Source: a virus (taxonomy: Duplodnaviria > Caudoviricetes). From it: a stretch of DNA of 64,000 bases. Below, one piece after another: positions 54,650-62,513 of this stretch; within the stretch, counting starts at the first letter, position 1; every line of letters begins with the position of its first letter. The stretch lies in the IMG/VR virus record IMGVR_UViG_3300013121_000033, positions 32,001-96,000 of that record; one strand, 5' to 3'. The notes beneath the pieces are model-generated. The model saw nothing but the letters and a program-made list of their open reading frames with translations, searched no databases and was not told where the DNA came from. Both the position numbers and the translations under genes were made by a program.

Positions 54650-54988
54650 TCAGCCCGCACCCCGCTCGTACTCGGTCATGGCAGGTCGCGGATGACCAGC
54701 GGCGACGACGTTCAAGTTCGCCGAATCGGTACGGGGGACGCCCTCGACGCGGCCACGGTGCACCGCCCACCCGTCCGGGTCGATCCCGGCGCCGACATGA
54801 ACCGCCCAGTCCCGGGGCCGTGGTTCCTGCGACGCCCGCCGCGATCTCGGCGTCAACGCTGCGTACCGGTAGTTCCCGACCGTGTCCGTCCCGGTCCGGT
54901 CATTCCAGATGACCAGCAGCGCCGTCACCCCACCCCACGCCGACCGCGGGTTCCCACCCGGGTGCAGTTCAACCTCCACGACGATCAC
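54650..54988 (-). CDS. Hypothetical protein
   Basis: GTGA coupling to the Dam-like gene; VEVELHPGG..WND.TGT..GNY. Confidence 0.5.
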   Translation of the reverse strand: MIVVEVELHPGGNPRSAWGGVTALLVIWNDRTGTDTVGNYRYAALTPRSRRASQEPRPRDWAVHVGAGIDPDGWAVHRGRVEGVPRTDSANLNVVAAGHPRPAMTEYERGAG

Positions 54989-55671
54989 AGCAGCGTCCCA
55001 GGTTCGTTGGTCCACCACACTTCGCTGTAAGAACGATGGCCCCCGTCGTTCATTGCGAACTGTCCGTTCCACGGCATCCAATCGGCTCCCTTCTGCTCGC
55101 ACACGATGACTTGCCCGCGTCGGGTCATCGACCATGACGCAAGGGCCTGGAAGTTGATGTTCGTATTGTCGTAGCGGTAGCGACCTCCCCGAGTCCGGTC
55201 CGGGCGTCCGGCTTGGTATTGATAAGGCGGGTCGATAAACCAGGTAGCTTCGATGTCGGGAGCGTCGGCGTAGTCGCCATGACGTACGTCGAAGTGGCGG
55301 CACTCGTCCACGACAGCGGCGATGCGTTGCACCATTGGCGTGAACCGCTGCGCCATCCGTTCCGTGACTTGGAACTCGGACGGAGTGTCGCGAGTTGTTC
55401 GGCCGGAAGCAAACGCTACAAGCAGGTCGTCGCAAGACGCTCCAACCGTGGGAGGTTTCATTGCTCGAATTGCGTGGGCAGGGGTAGCAAGCAGGCGATG
55501 CCACAGTTCTACGACTCGTTCGTCGCGTTCTACCAGGATCACTGTCGGTGAGCGACGGTGAAGCACCGCGTACGCGGCGGACCCGGCAAAGGGTTCCACG
55601 ACTGCCGCACAGCGCGGGGCGGGATAGCGGCGAGCAGCTAGAAACTTGGAGCCGTAATACTTGAACATCAC
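54985..55671 (-). CDS. Dam-like (D12/alpha class) DNA adenine methyltransferase, compact
   Basis: YYGSK, VEPFAGSA, FIDPPY. Confidence 0.85.
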   Translation of the reverse strand: MMFKYYGSKFLAARRYPAPRCAAVVEPFAGSAAYAVLHRRSPTVILVERDERVVELWHRLLATPAHAIRAMKPPTVGASCDDLLVAFASGRTTRDTPSEFQVTERMAQRFTPMVQRIAAVVDECRHFDVRHGDYADAPDIEATWFIDPPYQYQAGRPDRTRGGRYRYDNTNINFQALASWSMTRRGQVIVCEQKGADWMPWNGQFAMNDGGHRSYSEVWWTNEPGTLL

Positions 55672-56516
55672 AACATCGCCGTCTGTTCAGGGGGCGGTTC
55701 CTGAGCAGCGAACAACGACACGGTCGTGTTGTCGAGCCGGGCCGCGGCCATCTCCGCGTACCGTTCGGACTTCTCGATCCCCACGGCCCGCACACCCGCC
55801 GCTTTCGCTGCTACGAGCGTGGTGCCCGATCCGGCGAACGGGTCGAGCACGGCAGACGGAGCGGTCGTTTCGATCGCACGCGCCGGTAGACCGACAGGGA
55901 ACGGAGCCGGGTGCGGGTTGCCCCTTTCCTGCGGCACCGACCAGACGTCGCCGACGCCGGACGCGCCTTTCGACTTGAGCCGCCACGATTCTTCCGCGAC
56001 GACGATGATCACCTCGTAGGTCGGGACGTAGTGAGTCGGCGCGAAGTTGATCCCTCCCGCCCGCGCCCAGATGATCTCCTGACGGACCGGGAGTGCATCG
56101 GGGATGAGGCATCGCGGGTGCCAGAGAGTGCGTTGCGGGCGCGGCTTGTGGTTGTAGAAGATCGCACCGTTGGCGGTGAGGCAGCCCCACATCGCTGTGA
56201 CACAGGCGCGCTGCCACTCCTCGTACTCCCCCATCGGCATAGCGTCGTCGTGGTCGTCGTAGCCGTGAGCGAGTCCGTCAGCGTGATCGAGCCGCTTCCA
56301 CTTATGGTGTCCGCCTGACCCTTTCACCCCACCCCACTTCCCCATCTTCATGTCGGGGTACTTTCGGGTGTCGGCGAACCCGCCTCCCGTGCTTGTCCCG
56401 AGGTTGTACGGCGGGGAGGTGAACACGAGGTCGAACCGCTCGTCGAGTTGCGGCATGACTTCGAGGCAGTCGCCGACGTAGATCGTGACGTTGTCGGCGT
56501 TGTAGTAGGGGGTCAC
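55668..56516 (-). CDS. Beta-class N4-C/N6-A DNA methyltransferase
   Basis: GDCL..FTSPPYN..HPAPFP..VLDPFAGSGTT. Confidence 0.9.
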   Translation of the reverse strand: MTPYYNADNVTIYVGDCLEVMPQLDERFDLVFTSPPYNLGTSTGGGFADTRKYPDMKMGKWGGVKGSGGHHKWKRLDHADGLAHGYDDHDDAMPMGEYEEWQRACVTAMWGCLTANGAIFYNHKPRPQRTLWHPRCLIPDALPVRQEIIWARAGGINFAPTHYVPTYEVIIVVAEESWRLKSKGASGVGDVWSVPQERGNPHPAPFPVGLPARAIETTAPSAVLDPFAGSGTTLVAAKAAGVRAVGIEKSERYAEMAAARLDNTTVSLFAAQEPPPEQTAML

Positions 56517-56965
56517 GACGCCTCGGTGGGGTGGGCGGTGCCGACCGGTTGGCCGTAGCGGTTCAGCCGGTCGTTGACGTACCGGCGGAACTCTTCGAGG
56601 ACCGGGAGCATCCGTTCTTGGAGATGCGGGGGTGCGATCTCGTAGGCGTGTTCGCAACGGGCCAGGTCGCCTGCATCGTGCGGGCAGTTCCAGTCGCACT
56701 CGTCGCCGCGCCACCACCACGCCCCTTCGGTTTCGGTCCAACCTGGGGAGCGGGGCCGGTCGAGGACCCCGACCGCGTGACAGACGAGCGCATCCGACGA
56801 CACACCCCGGTTGGTGGTGGCGAGCCAGGCGTGGATGAAGTCCCGTTCGGCGCGGAACAGGTCGGCGTCGGCCCCGCGGGGAGCCCGGTCGAGGGTGCGG
56901 GCGATCGTGGTGAGACGCCCGGCGAGGAGCGCTGACGATTCTTTGGTGAGCGTGGAGAAAGCCAT
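56513..56965 (-). CDS. Hypothetical protein
   Basis: TGATG coupling; CPHDAGDLARC. Confidence 0.55.
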   Translation of the reverse strand: MAFSTLTKESSALLAGRLTTIARTLDRAPRGADADLFRAERDFIHAWLATTNRGVSSDALVCHAVGVLDRPRSPGWTETEGAWWWRGDECDWNCPHDAGDLARCEHAYEIAPPHLQERMLPVLEEFRRYVNDRLNRYGQPVGTAHPTEAS

Positions 56966-58716
56966 CAGAACAGAGACGGTGCGGGAGTGGTGCCCGCTTG
57001 GAGGATGGTGAGGGTCGAGAAGTTCGACGCGGCGTGTTTCTGCTCGAACGGGACGACGATCTTGCCGGTCCCGTCGCAGGTGTCGCACAGGCCGAGTGGT
57101 TTCATCACGCCGACGAACCCGGTGGCTTTGCAGTCGGGGCAGTTCACCTTGCGGTCCGGTTGGGGTCTGACGTTCGCCCGGTAGTGGAACTCGTCGACCT
57201 TGCGGGCGCCGAGTGTTTCGGCGTGCCGGGCGACCATGTCGGGCTGCCACCACTTCCGCCCCGAGTTCACCTGCGCCATCGACTTGTAGAGGACGTAGCC
57301 CTCCGGTCGGGCGACTTGGAGCGCCCCGGCCAGCATGCGGAGCATGAGGTCATGGCGGTCGTCTCGGGAGGTGACGACGTGCACTCCGTAGCGGGCGTCG
57401 ACCTCGGCGGTGGGGGTGCCGTTGCAGTTCCCCGTGAAGTAGACGTAGCCGTTCCGCCTGGCGAGCCAGGTGTGGTTTGGGACGGTGACGCACCACACAG
57501 CGCAGGTCTGCTCGGTTACTTGGGCCGGTTTCCTGGACATGCGGATGTGTGTTCGGTTTCGAAGATTGACGGTGTGGCCGAGGTGCGGGTGGTGTGATGT
57601 CGAGGTCGCAATCCCTGCGAGGGTGCACGCGTACTGGAACGCTTCGGCCATCGGTTCGAGCCGTTGCGTCAGCCGCCGAGTCCCGATCGGTGACCGAGTG
57701 CCGTCGGCGGCGAGCGACGTCCCGATGAAGAGTTCAAGCTGGTCAGAGGTGAGCGAGTCAATGAAAGCTCGGGAGACGACCTTGTGGGGGGCGTGGCGGA
57801 GCAGTTCACGTCCCACGTCGGCGGAGAAGATGAACAGAGTGTTCCGTCCTTCGGTCCTGACCCGCCACCGGAGAACGCCGTCGGTCGTGCCGCTCAGGCG
57901 AGGGAACCGTTCGACCGGCGGGCCGTACAGCTTTTCGAAGCACTGGTAGATGCGTTCGCAGTTGTTGGGATTGACAGCGTGCGACTGTGTGATCTTCCCG
58001 TAGGCGCCGGAACCGACCGCTCCCGATCGTCCGCCGTCGATGTGGCCTTCGGTCCAGAACCAGGCGACGAGTTCCACGAGAGCGTCGTCATGCACAGTTT
58101 CGGTCGGCTGGTTCGCATGCCTGGCGCAAAGTTGCACACGGTGACCAGTGCCAAACGTCGTGCTCGTCGCCCACGTTCGGCGCCCCTGGTAGTCGACCAC
58201 AGGCCAACGGTGGTCGTGGGTCGTGAGCGACGAGTGCGACTTGCCGCTGATCTCCACCATCTGCCGTGGTTCGGCCGGGAGGACGTGGACGTGTTGGACA
58301 GGCTGCCACTCGCCAAGCCCTGACTCGTGGTTCAAGGTGTAGACCTCGTCGCCAACCTGGCATTCAGCCCATGTCCTCCATCCGGCCCTCGTCATGATCT
58401 CGGTGTCAAGCGAGACGCATTTGTATGGAGGGTCGACGACCACGGCGTCGAACCGGCCGAGCAGGTGGGCGGGAGGTGCGGCAGCGTCGACCGAATAGCC
58501 GATTGGAGAGATGTCCGGGTTGAGGTCGCAGGCTGTCAGGTGAGTCGGGGTCCACACCGTCCAGAAGCCACCGGCCTCACCGTAGGTGAGGTCGATGATC
58601 GTCATGTCGTCGTTGAGGTAGCGGCCGTGGCGGGCGATGTCCGCGATCAGCACAGCGTTCGATGACCAGTCGCCGATCGCGAGTAACGGCCACCTGAACA
58701 GAGAGAGGTCAGGCAC
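56965..58716 (-). CDS. Putative DNA methyltransferase with an intein and a CxxCxxxG zinc-finger insert
   Basis: IIDLTYGEAGGFW (SAM-binding), FDAVVVDPPY, CPDCKATG..CDTCDGTG. Confidence 0.75.
   Translation of the reverse strand: MPDLSLFRWPLLAIGDWSSNAVLIADIARHGRYLNDDMTIIDLTYGEAGGFWTVWTPTHLTACDLNPDISPIGYSVDAAAPPAHLLGRFDAVVVDPPYKCVSLDTEIMTRAGWRTWAECQVGDEVYTLNHESGLGEWQPVQHVHVLPAEPRQMVEISGKSHSSLTTHDHRWPVVDYQGRRTWATSTTFGTGHRVQLCARHANQPTETVHDDALVELVAWFWTEGHIDGGRSGAVGSGAYGKITQSHAVNPNNCERIYQCFEKLYGPPVERFPRLSGTTDGVLRWRVRTEGRNTLFIFSADVGRELLRHAPHKVVSRAFIDSLTSDQLELFIGTSLAADGTRSPIGTRRLTQRLEPMAEAFQYACTLAGIATSTSHHPHLGHTVNLRNRTHIRMSRKPAQVTEQTCAVWCVTVPNHTWLARRNGYVYFTGNCNGTPTAEVDARYGVHVVTSRDDRHDLMLRMLAGALQVARPEGYVLYKSMAQVNSGRKWWQPDMVARHAETLGARKVDEFHYRANVRPQPDRKVNCPDCKATGFVGVMKPLGLCDTCDGTGKIVVPFEQKHAASNFSTLTILQAGTTPAPSLF
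57427..58419 (-). mobile_element. Intein (331 aa) with LAGLIDADG-type domain
   Basis: DPPYK|CVSLDTEIMT..THDHRW..LVAWFWTEG..LAADG..VWCVTVP..RRNGYVYFTGN|C. Confidence 0.9.
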
Positions 58717-58732
58717 GAACGGGGGGGGAGGG

Positions 58733-59056
58733 TCAGTCGGCGGTGAGCGTGACGCCGAGGTCAGCGACGGTCGACGCGACCGCTTCCCGCACCTCGGCGA
58801 GAGCCGCTTCGTCGATGTAGCAACGGGCGTCGCGGCCCGACGCGTAGAACCACTGCTCGATCTGCTCGAAGAACCAGCCGGGCGACCTGCCGACCCGGAA
58901 CGCGACAGCGGGGAAGTCGCCCCGGTAGCGCTCACGCCACATCGCGATCGTGCCCCGCGCGATCTGTTCGTCCGTCGCCCTGTTCCGGATGATCGTCGCG
59001 ATCTCGTACTCGCCGACCGGGGTCAACGTCGCTGCTGATGTCGTTGTTCGTGCCAT
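58733..59056 (-). CDS. AlpA/excisionase-like HTH protein
   Basis: PVGEYEIA..TIAMWRER..DFP..W..IEQW; leaderless after TTGACG(59087-59092)-18-TATCCT(59063-59068). Confidence 0.6.
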   Translation of the reverse strand: MARTTTSAATLTPVGEYEIATIIRNRATDEQIARGTIAMWRERYRGDFPAVAFRVGRSPGWFFEQIEQWFYASGRDARCYIDEAALAEVREAVASTVADLGVTLTAD

Positions 59057-59078
59057 CACAACAGGATACGGGGCTTGT

Positions 59079-59378
59079 TCACGTTGCGTCAACGTCGGCG
59101 AGAAGTGATGCCGGGAGGCCGTCGGGGAACACGCCGGTCGGGTTGATCCACGGATGCCGCCACGAACGGACATCGGGGACGGGCCGGTGACGGTGGCGTT
59201 CCGGGAACCGGCCAAGAACCGACGGGTCGAGGTTGTCTGCGGCCACCCGGTTCGCGTACGCGACACGGTGACCGCCACAGATGCCGCAGCGGGCGTCGAG
59301 CCGCCACCCGAACAGCACCTTCGTCCAGGTGACCACAACCCACGGTTGCGTCGACCACGACGTCTGGAACGACTTCAC
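59079..59378 (-). CDS. Hypothetical protein
   Basis: GTGA coupling to whiB; CGIC. Confidence 0.45.
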   Translation of the reverse strand: MKSFQTSWSTQPWVVVTWTKVLFGWRLDARCGICGGHRVAYANRVAADNLDPSVLGRFPERHRHRPVPDVRSWRHPWINPTGVFPDGLPASLLADVDAT

Positions 59379-59692
59379 CGGCACCCCATCTCGGCAAGAT
59401 AGTCGGCGAGGGTGACCTCGCCGTTCGCGATGCGGTGACGGGCGACTCGACGGTCCCGGGCGCTGGTCCCCGCCCACACCCCCCAGTCCTCCCCGTTCAT
59501 CGCAGCGGTCAGGCACGGGCACTTGTAGGGGCAGCGGCGGCACAGGTCGCGGCACTCCGACGGCACCCACGTCTCTGAGGCACGAGGTGGGACGTCGACG
59601 TCTGGTGACTCGATCACCGGGTAGAACAGGTGGGTCAACCCGGCGCAAGGCGGCGGGGCGCCGTCGACATCGACGACCCGGTCCAGGTTCAC
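59375..59692 (-). CDS. whiB: WhiB-family transcription factor
   Basis: C..LF..LCRRCP..C..WGVWAGTS..RR. Confidence 0.85.
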   Translation of the reverse strand: MNLDRVVDVDGAPPPCAGLTHLFYPVIESPDVDVPPRASETWVPSECRDLCRRCPYKCPCLTAAMNGEDWGVWAGTSARDRRVARHRIANGEVTLADYLAEMGCR

Positions 59693-59925
59693 GACTCGTC
59701 CCGAGCAGCGGCGACGGCGACGGCGGGCAGGTGAGCGGTGACTCCGAGCCCGTCGAGTGCAGCGACGAGCAACCCGCCCAGATTCACGACGTCGTCGGCG
59801 GTGAACTCTGCGGCGACGACAGCCGCGTACGGGTCGGCCGCGGCGAGAGCCGTGACCAGGGCACGAACAGGGGGCGACCACCCGTCGGGGAACCGGGTGC
59901 CGTAGTGGGGGACCGGGCAGTCCAC
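59689..59925 (-). CDS. Small hypothetical protein
   Basis: Operon packing. Confidence 0.45.
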   Translation of the reverse strand: MDCPVPHYGTRFPDGWSPPVRALVTALAAADPYAAVVAAEFTADDVVNLGGLLVAALDGLGVTAHLPAVAVAAARDES

Positions 59926-59927
59926 GG

Positions 59928-60326
59928 TCAGAACCCGTGAACGATCGGCCCGGCACCCTCCATGAACAACGTCATGCCGAGGGTGGGGAACTCGCGGGGT
60001 CGAAGCAACCAGACCCGCATCTTCGGGGCGCCAGGACAGATCGCCATAGCCATCGCGGACTCGGCGAGACGGTCGAGCATCGACTGCTGCGCGTCGGTCG
60101 GTTTGGACGCTCGGTCGTCGGTCTTGAGTTCGATCGCTGCCATCCCGCGTGACGGGTGCGAACAGAACAGGTCGGGCCAACCGCGTGCGTCGTCGTCGCC
60201 GATCAGGTGTTGGACGCCGGTCCGCGTGTTGCGGACCACGCGTCGGCTGTCGTGGAAGTGCACGACAGTCCAACCGCAGCGGCGGGCGAACGTCATCACC
60301 TGCTGCTGGAAGTCCTTTTCCAGCAC
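59928..60326 (-). CDS. VRR-NUC (PD-(D/E)XK) nuclease
   Basis: EKDFQ..GWPDL..IELK..PTDAQ. Confidence 0.8.
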   Translation of the reverse strand: MLEKDFQQQVMTFARRCGWTVVHFHDSRRVVRNTRTGVQHLIGDDDARGWPDLFCSHPSRGMAAIELKTDDRASKPTDAQQSMLDRLAESAMAMAICPGAPKMRVWLLRPREFPTLGMTLFMEGAGPIVHGF

Positions 60327-60336
60327 GGCGACCCGG

Positions 60337-60642
60337 CTACTCGGCGACCCAGGAGTTGCTGCGGCTGTCCCAGCCGATGACCTGCCCCGGTTCGGCGGCG
60401 CCAATCGCCTTCGCGAGGTTCATGACTGCGAGGTCAGCGAACGTCGCATCCGGGAACATGGGAGACAGCTTGAACGTGGGGTGCCGTTCGCCCGGGGTGA
60501 GCGGAGCGTCGGACAGTGAGCAGGCGACGACATCCCCCTCACCGTCGTACCGCTTCGTGAACATCGTCGCGATACGGTCGGCGGCCACAAGCGTCATGCC
60601 CTTGTCCTCGCCGTCAGCGAGCCACTTCTCCACGAACACCAC
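60337..60642 (-). CDS. Hypothetical protein
   Basis: AAGGGG upstream; first gene of the leftward operon. Confidence 0.5.
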   Translation of the reverse strand: MVFVEKWLADGEDKGMTLVAADRIATMFTKRYDGEGDVVACSLSDAPLTPGERHPTFKLSPMFPDATFADLAVMNLAKAIGAAEPGQVIGWDSRSNSWVAE

Positions 60643-60805
60643 GGTTTCCGGACCCCTTGTCGATCTGCCCCTTTCGGGGGCGTTGCCGATGATCCCGGTC
60701 CCCGCGGTGGCGGACCTCGAACGACGCCAACATACATGAGCGACACCTTGGGTTGGTGAACCTCCACCATCTATGTCGGGGGGGTCGGTATCATCACGCG
60801 CCGAG

Positions 60806-61129
60806 ATGGCGGCCGCGCCGACAGTGCCACTGAACCCACTGCTCACCTACTGGGCCAAGCGCAACCCCCCGCACCAGCAATCGAACTGCGTGTGCACGCA
60901 GGGCGGCGTGTGCGGATCGTTGGAGGCGCTGGCAGACCGGTTGGGGGTGTCGCGCTCGACGATGATCCGCCGACGCGCCCAGGGCACCCTGACACTCACC
61001 GAAGCCGAAGCATGGTGTGGGCGACTCCGGGTCCTCCCGACCGTGATCTGGCCGAAGTGGTATCAGGTTCCCGTCACCGCAGCGTTGACCGGCAACCAGC
61101 AACGGTGGAACGGGCGGTTGTTCGCATGA
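60806..61129 (+). CDS. HTH DNA-binding protein
   Basis: SLEALADRLGVSRSTM..LTLTEAEAWC..P..IWP. Confidence 0.6.
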   Translation: MAAAPTVPLNPLLTYWAKRNPPHQQSNCVCTQGGVCGSLEALADRLGVSRSTMIRRRAQGTLTLTEAEAWCGRLRVLPTVIWPKWYQVPVTAALTGNQQRWNGRLFA

Positions 61130-61794
61130 GCGACCCGTGGGCCATCCGCATCATCGACCACGACGACGCCGTCGACCCCGAGCAGCTACTCGCGAACCCG
61201 CGGAACTGGCACATCCACCCGCGGAACCAGCAGAAGGCGATGGAGGACATCCTCGCCGGGATCGGATGGGTGTCCCGAGTGATCGTCAACCGGCGAACCG
61301 ACTTCGTCGTCGACGGCCACATGCGAGTCACGCTCGCCATCAGCGCTGGACAGAACGTCCCCGTCGACTACGTCGAGTTGTCCGACGAGGAAGAGGCGGC
61401 GATCCTCGCGACATTCGACACGATCCCGATGCTCGCGGTGGTCGACCCCGCCATGTTCGCTCGGACGATGGAGGACGTGCCGCCCCTCTCCGAGTCCGTC
61501 GCGTCAGCGATCGAGACAGCGATGAAGAACCCTCGGAAGTTGAAAGACGGAGACGGCGGGGGGGAACCGGACCGCGAACGCGACGACACCCGCACCGCCG
61601 ACGGCGTCCCCGACGTCGACCGCGAATCGTTCACGTTCGGCTACATCCACTGGGGTTCGACCCATGTGTCGTGCTCGGGTGAAGCGATCAAACAACTCGA
61701 CCGCTGGTACGCGTCCTACAAGGCTGAACACAACGGGCACGACCAGGGGTTCGCCGAGTGGATGGTCGAAACACTCAGTGAGATTCTGGGCTGA
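61126..61794 (+). CDS. ParB/sulfiredoxin-like protein
   Basis: LLANPRNW.IH..GW...IVN....VVDGHMR. Confidence 0.8.
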   Translation: MSDPWAIRIIDHDDAVDPEQLLANPRNWHIHPRNQQKAMEDILAGIGWVSRVIVNRRTDFVVDGHMRVTLAISAGQNVPVDYVELSDEEEAAILATFDTIPMLAVVDPAMFARTMEDVPPLSESVASAIETAMKNPRKLKDGDGGGEPDRERDDTRTADGVPDVDRESFTFGYIHWGSTHVSCSGEAIKQLDRWYASYKAEHNGHDQGFAEWMVETLSEILG

Positions 61795-62513
61795 TGGCAC
61801 GACGCCCCATTGACCTCGAAGCGGTCGGCCGCATCCGCAACGGGCTGCCGCCATACCCGAACGAGTTCGACTTCTACGAGCGGCGCCGCAAGGCGGCCGA
61901 GTTCCGCACGGCCCGCATCCCCTACGAGCAGATCGGCCTCCTGCTCGCCGCCGACCCGAAGATCAACTCGCGTGGCGTCGCGTTCAACGCCGGGTACGGG
62001 TGGCGCCAATACCGGAAGGGTGACCCGCCGCCGTCCCCCGCGAAGCTGATCGCTGGCGTCGAGCGTGACATCGACAAGGCGATGACCGAAGCCCGTGTGC
62101 GGGCGATGGAGAACAGCGACCGGTTGCTCGCCGAAGAGATCGCGACGATCGACGCTGTCACACAGGCGATGTGGTCGGAGATGGCAGCGGGGTCGCACTG
62201 GCACGGGTTCCGCATCCTCCAAGGCGTCGAACTCCGAGCGAAACTCGAAGGGCTACTCACCGCGCAGGGGGTCAACCCTGCGCTTGCCGCCGCAGCCGAA
62301 GCGATCGAAGCGTCGTCACCGAAGGCGTTGGAAGGACCGCAGCCGACATGGGAAGTCCCCGGGTTCACCGCTGACGTCGTCGCAGTCCTCTCCCAGTCCG
62401 GGCTTATCACCGACGACCAGGCAGACGCAGCGCTCCGAGCGATCGGACCCGCCAACGTTCCCGTCGACGCCAACGTGATCGACGTCGATAGCGACGAACC
62501 TGTCGAGGCGTGA
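61794..62513 (+). CDS. Putative terminase small subunit
   Basis: ERRRKAAEFR...YEQI HTH..RAKLEGL; directly upstream of the large subunit. Confidence 0.6.
   Translation: MARRPIDLEAVGRIRNGLPPYPNEFDFYERRRKAAEFRTARIPYEQIGLLLAADPKINSRGVAFNAGYGWRQYRKGDPPPSPAKLIAGVERDIDKAMTEARVRAMENSDRLLAEEIATIDAVTQAMWSEMAAGSHWHGFRILQGVELRAKLEGLLTAQGVNPALAAAAEAIEASSPKALEGPQPTWEVPGFTADVVAVLSQSGLITDDQADAALRAIGPANVPVDANVIDVDSDEPVEA

Noticed and set aside
11262-60774. Recurrent ATAGATG/CATCTAT near several gene boundaries
   Set aside because: Also occurs inside coding sequence, with inconsistent position and strand
61070-61085. VTAA in the + strand HTH protein
   Set aside because: Single occurrence outside the head module, compatible with chance; shows the motif has some background rate
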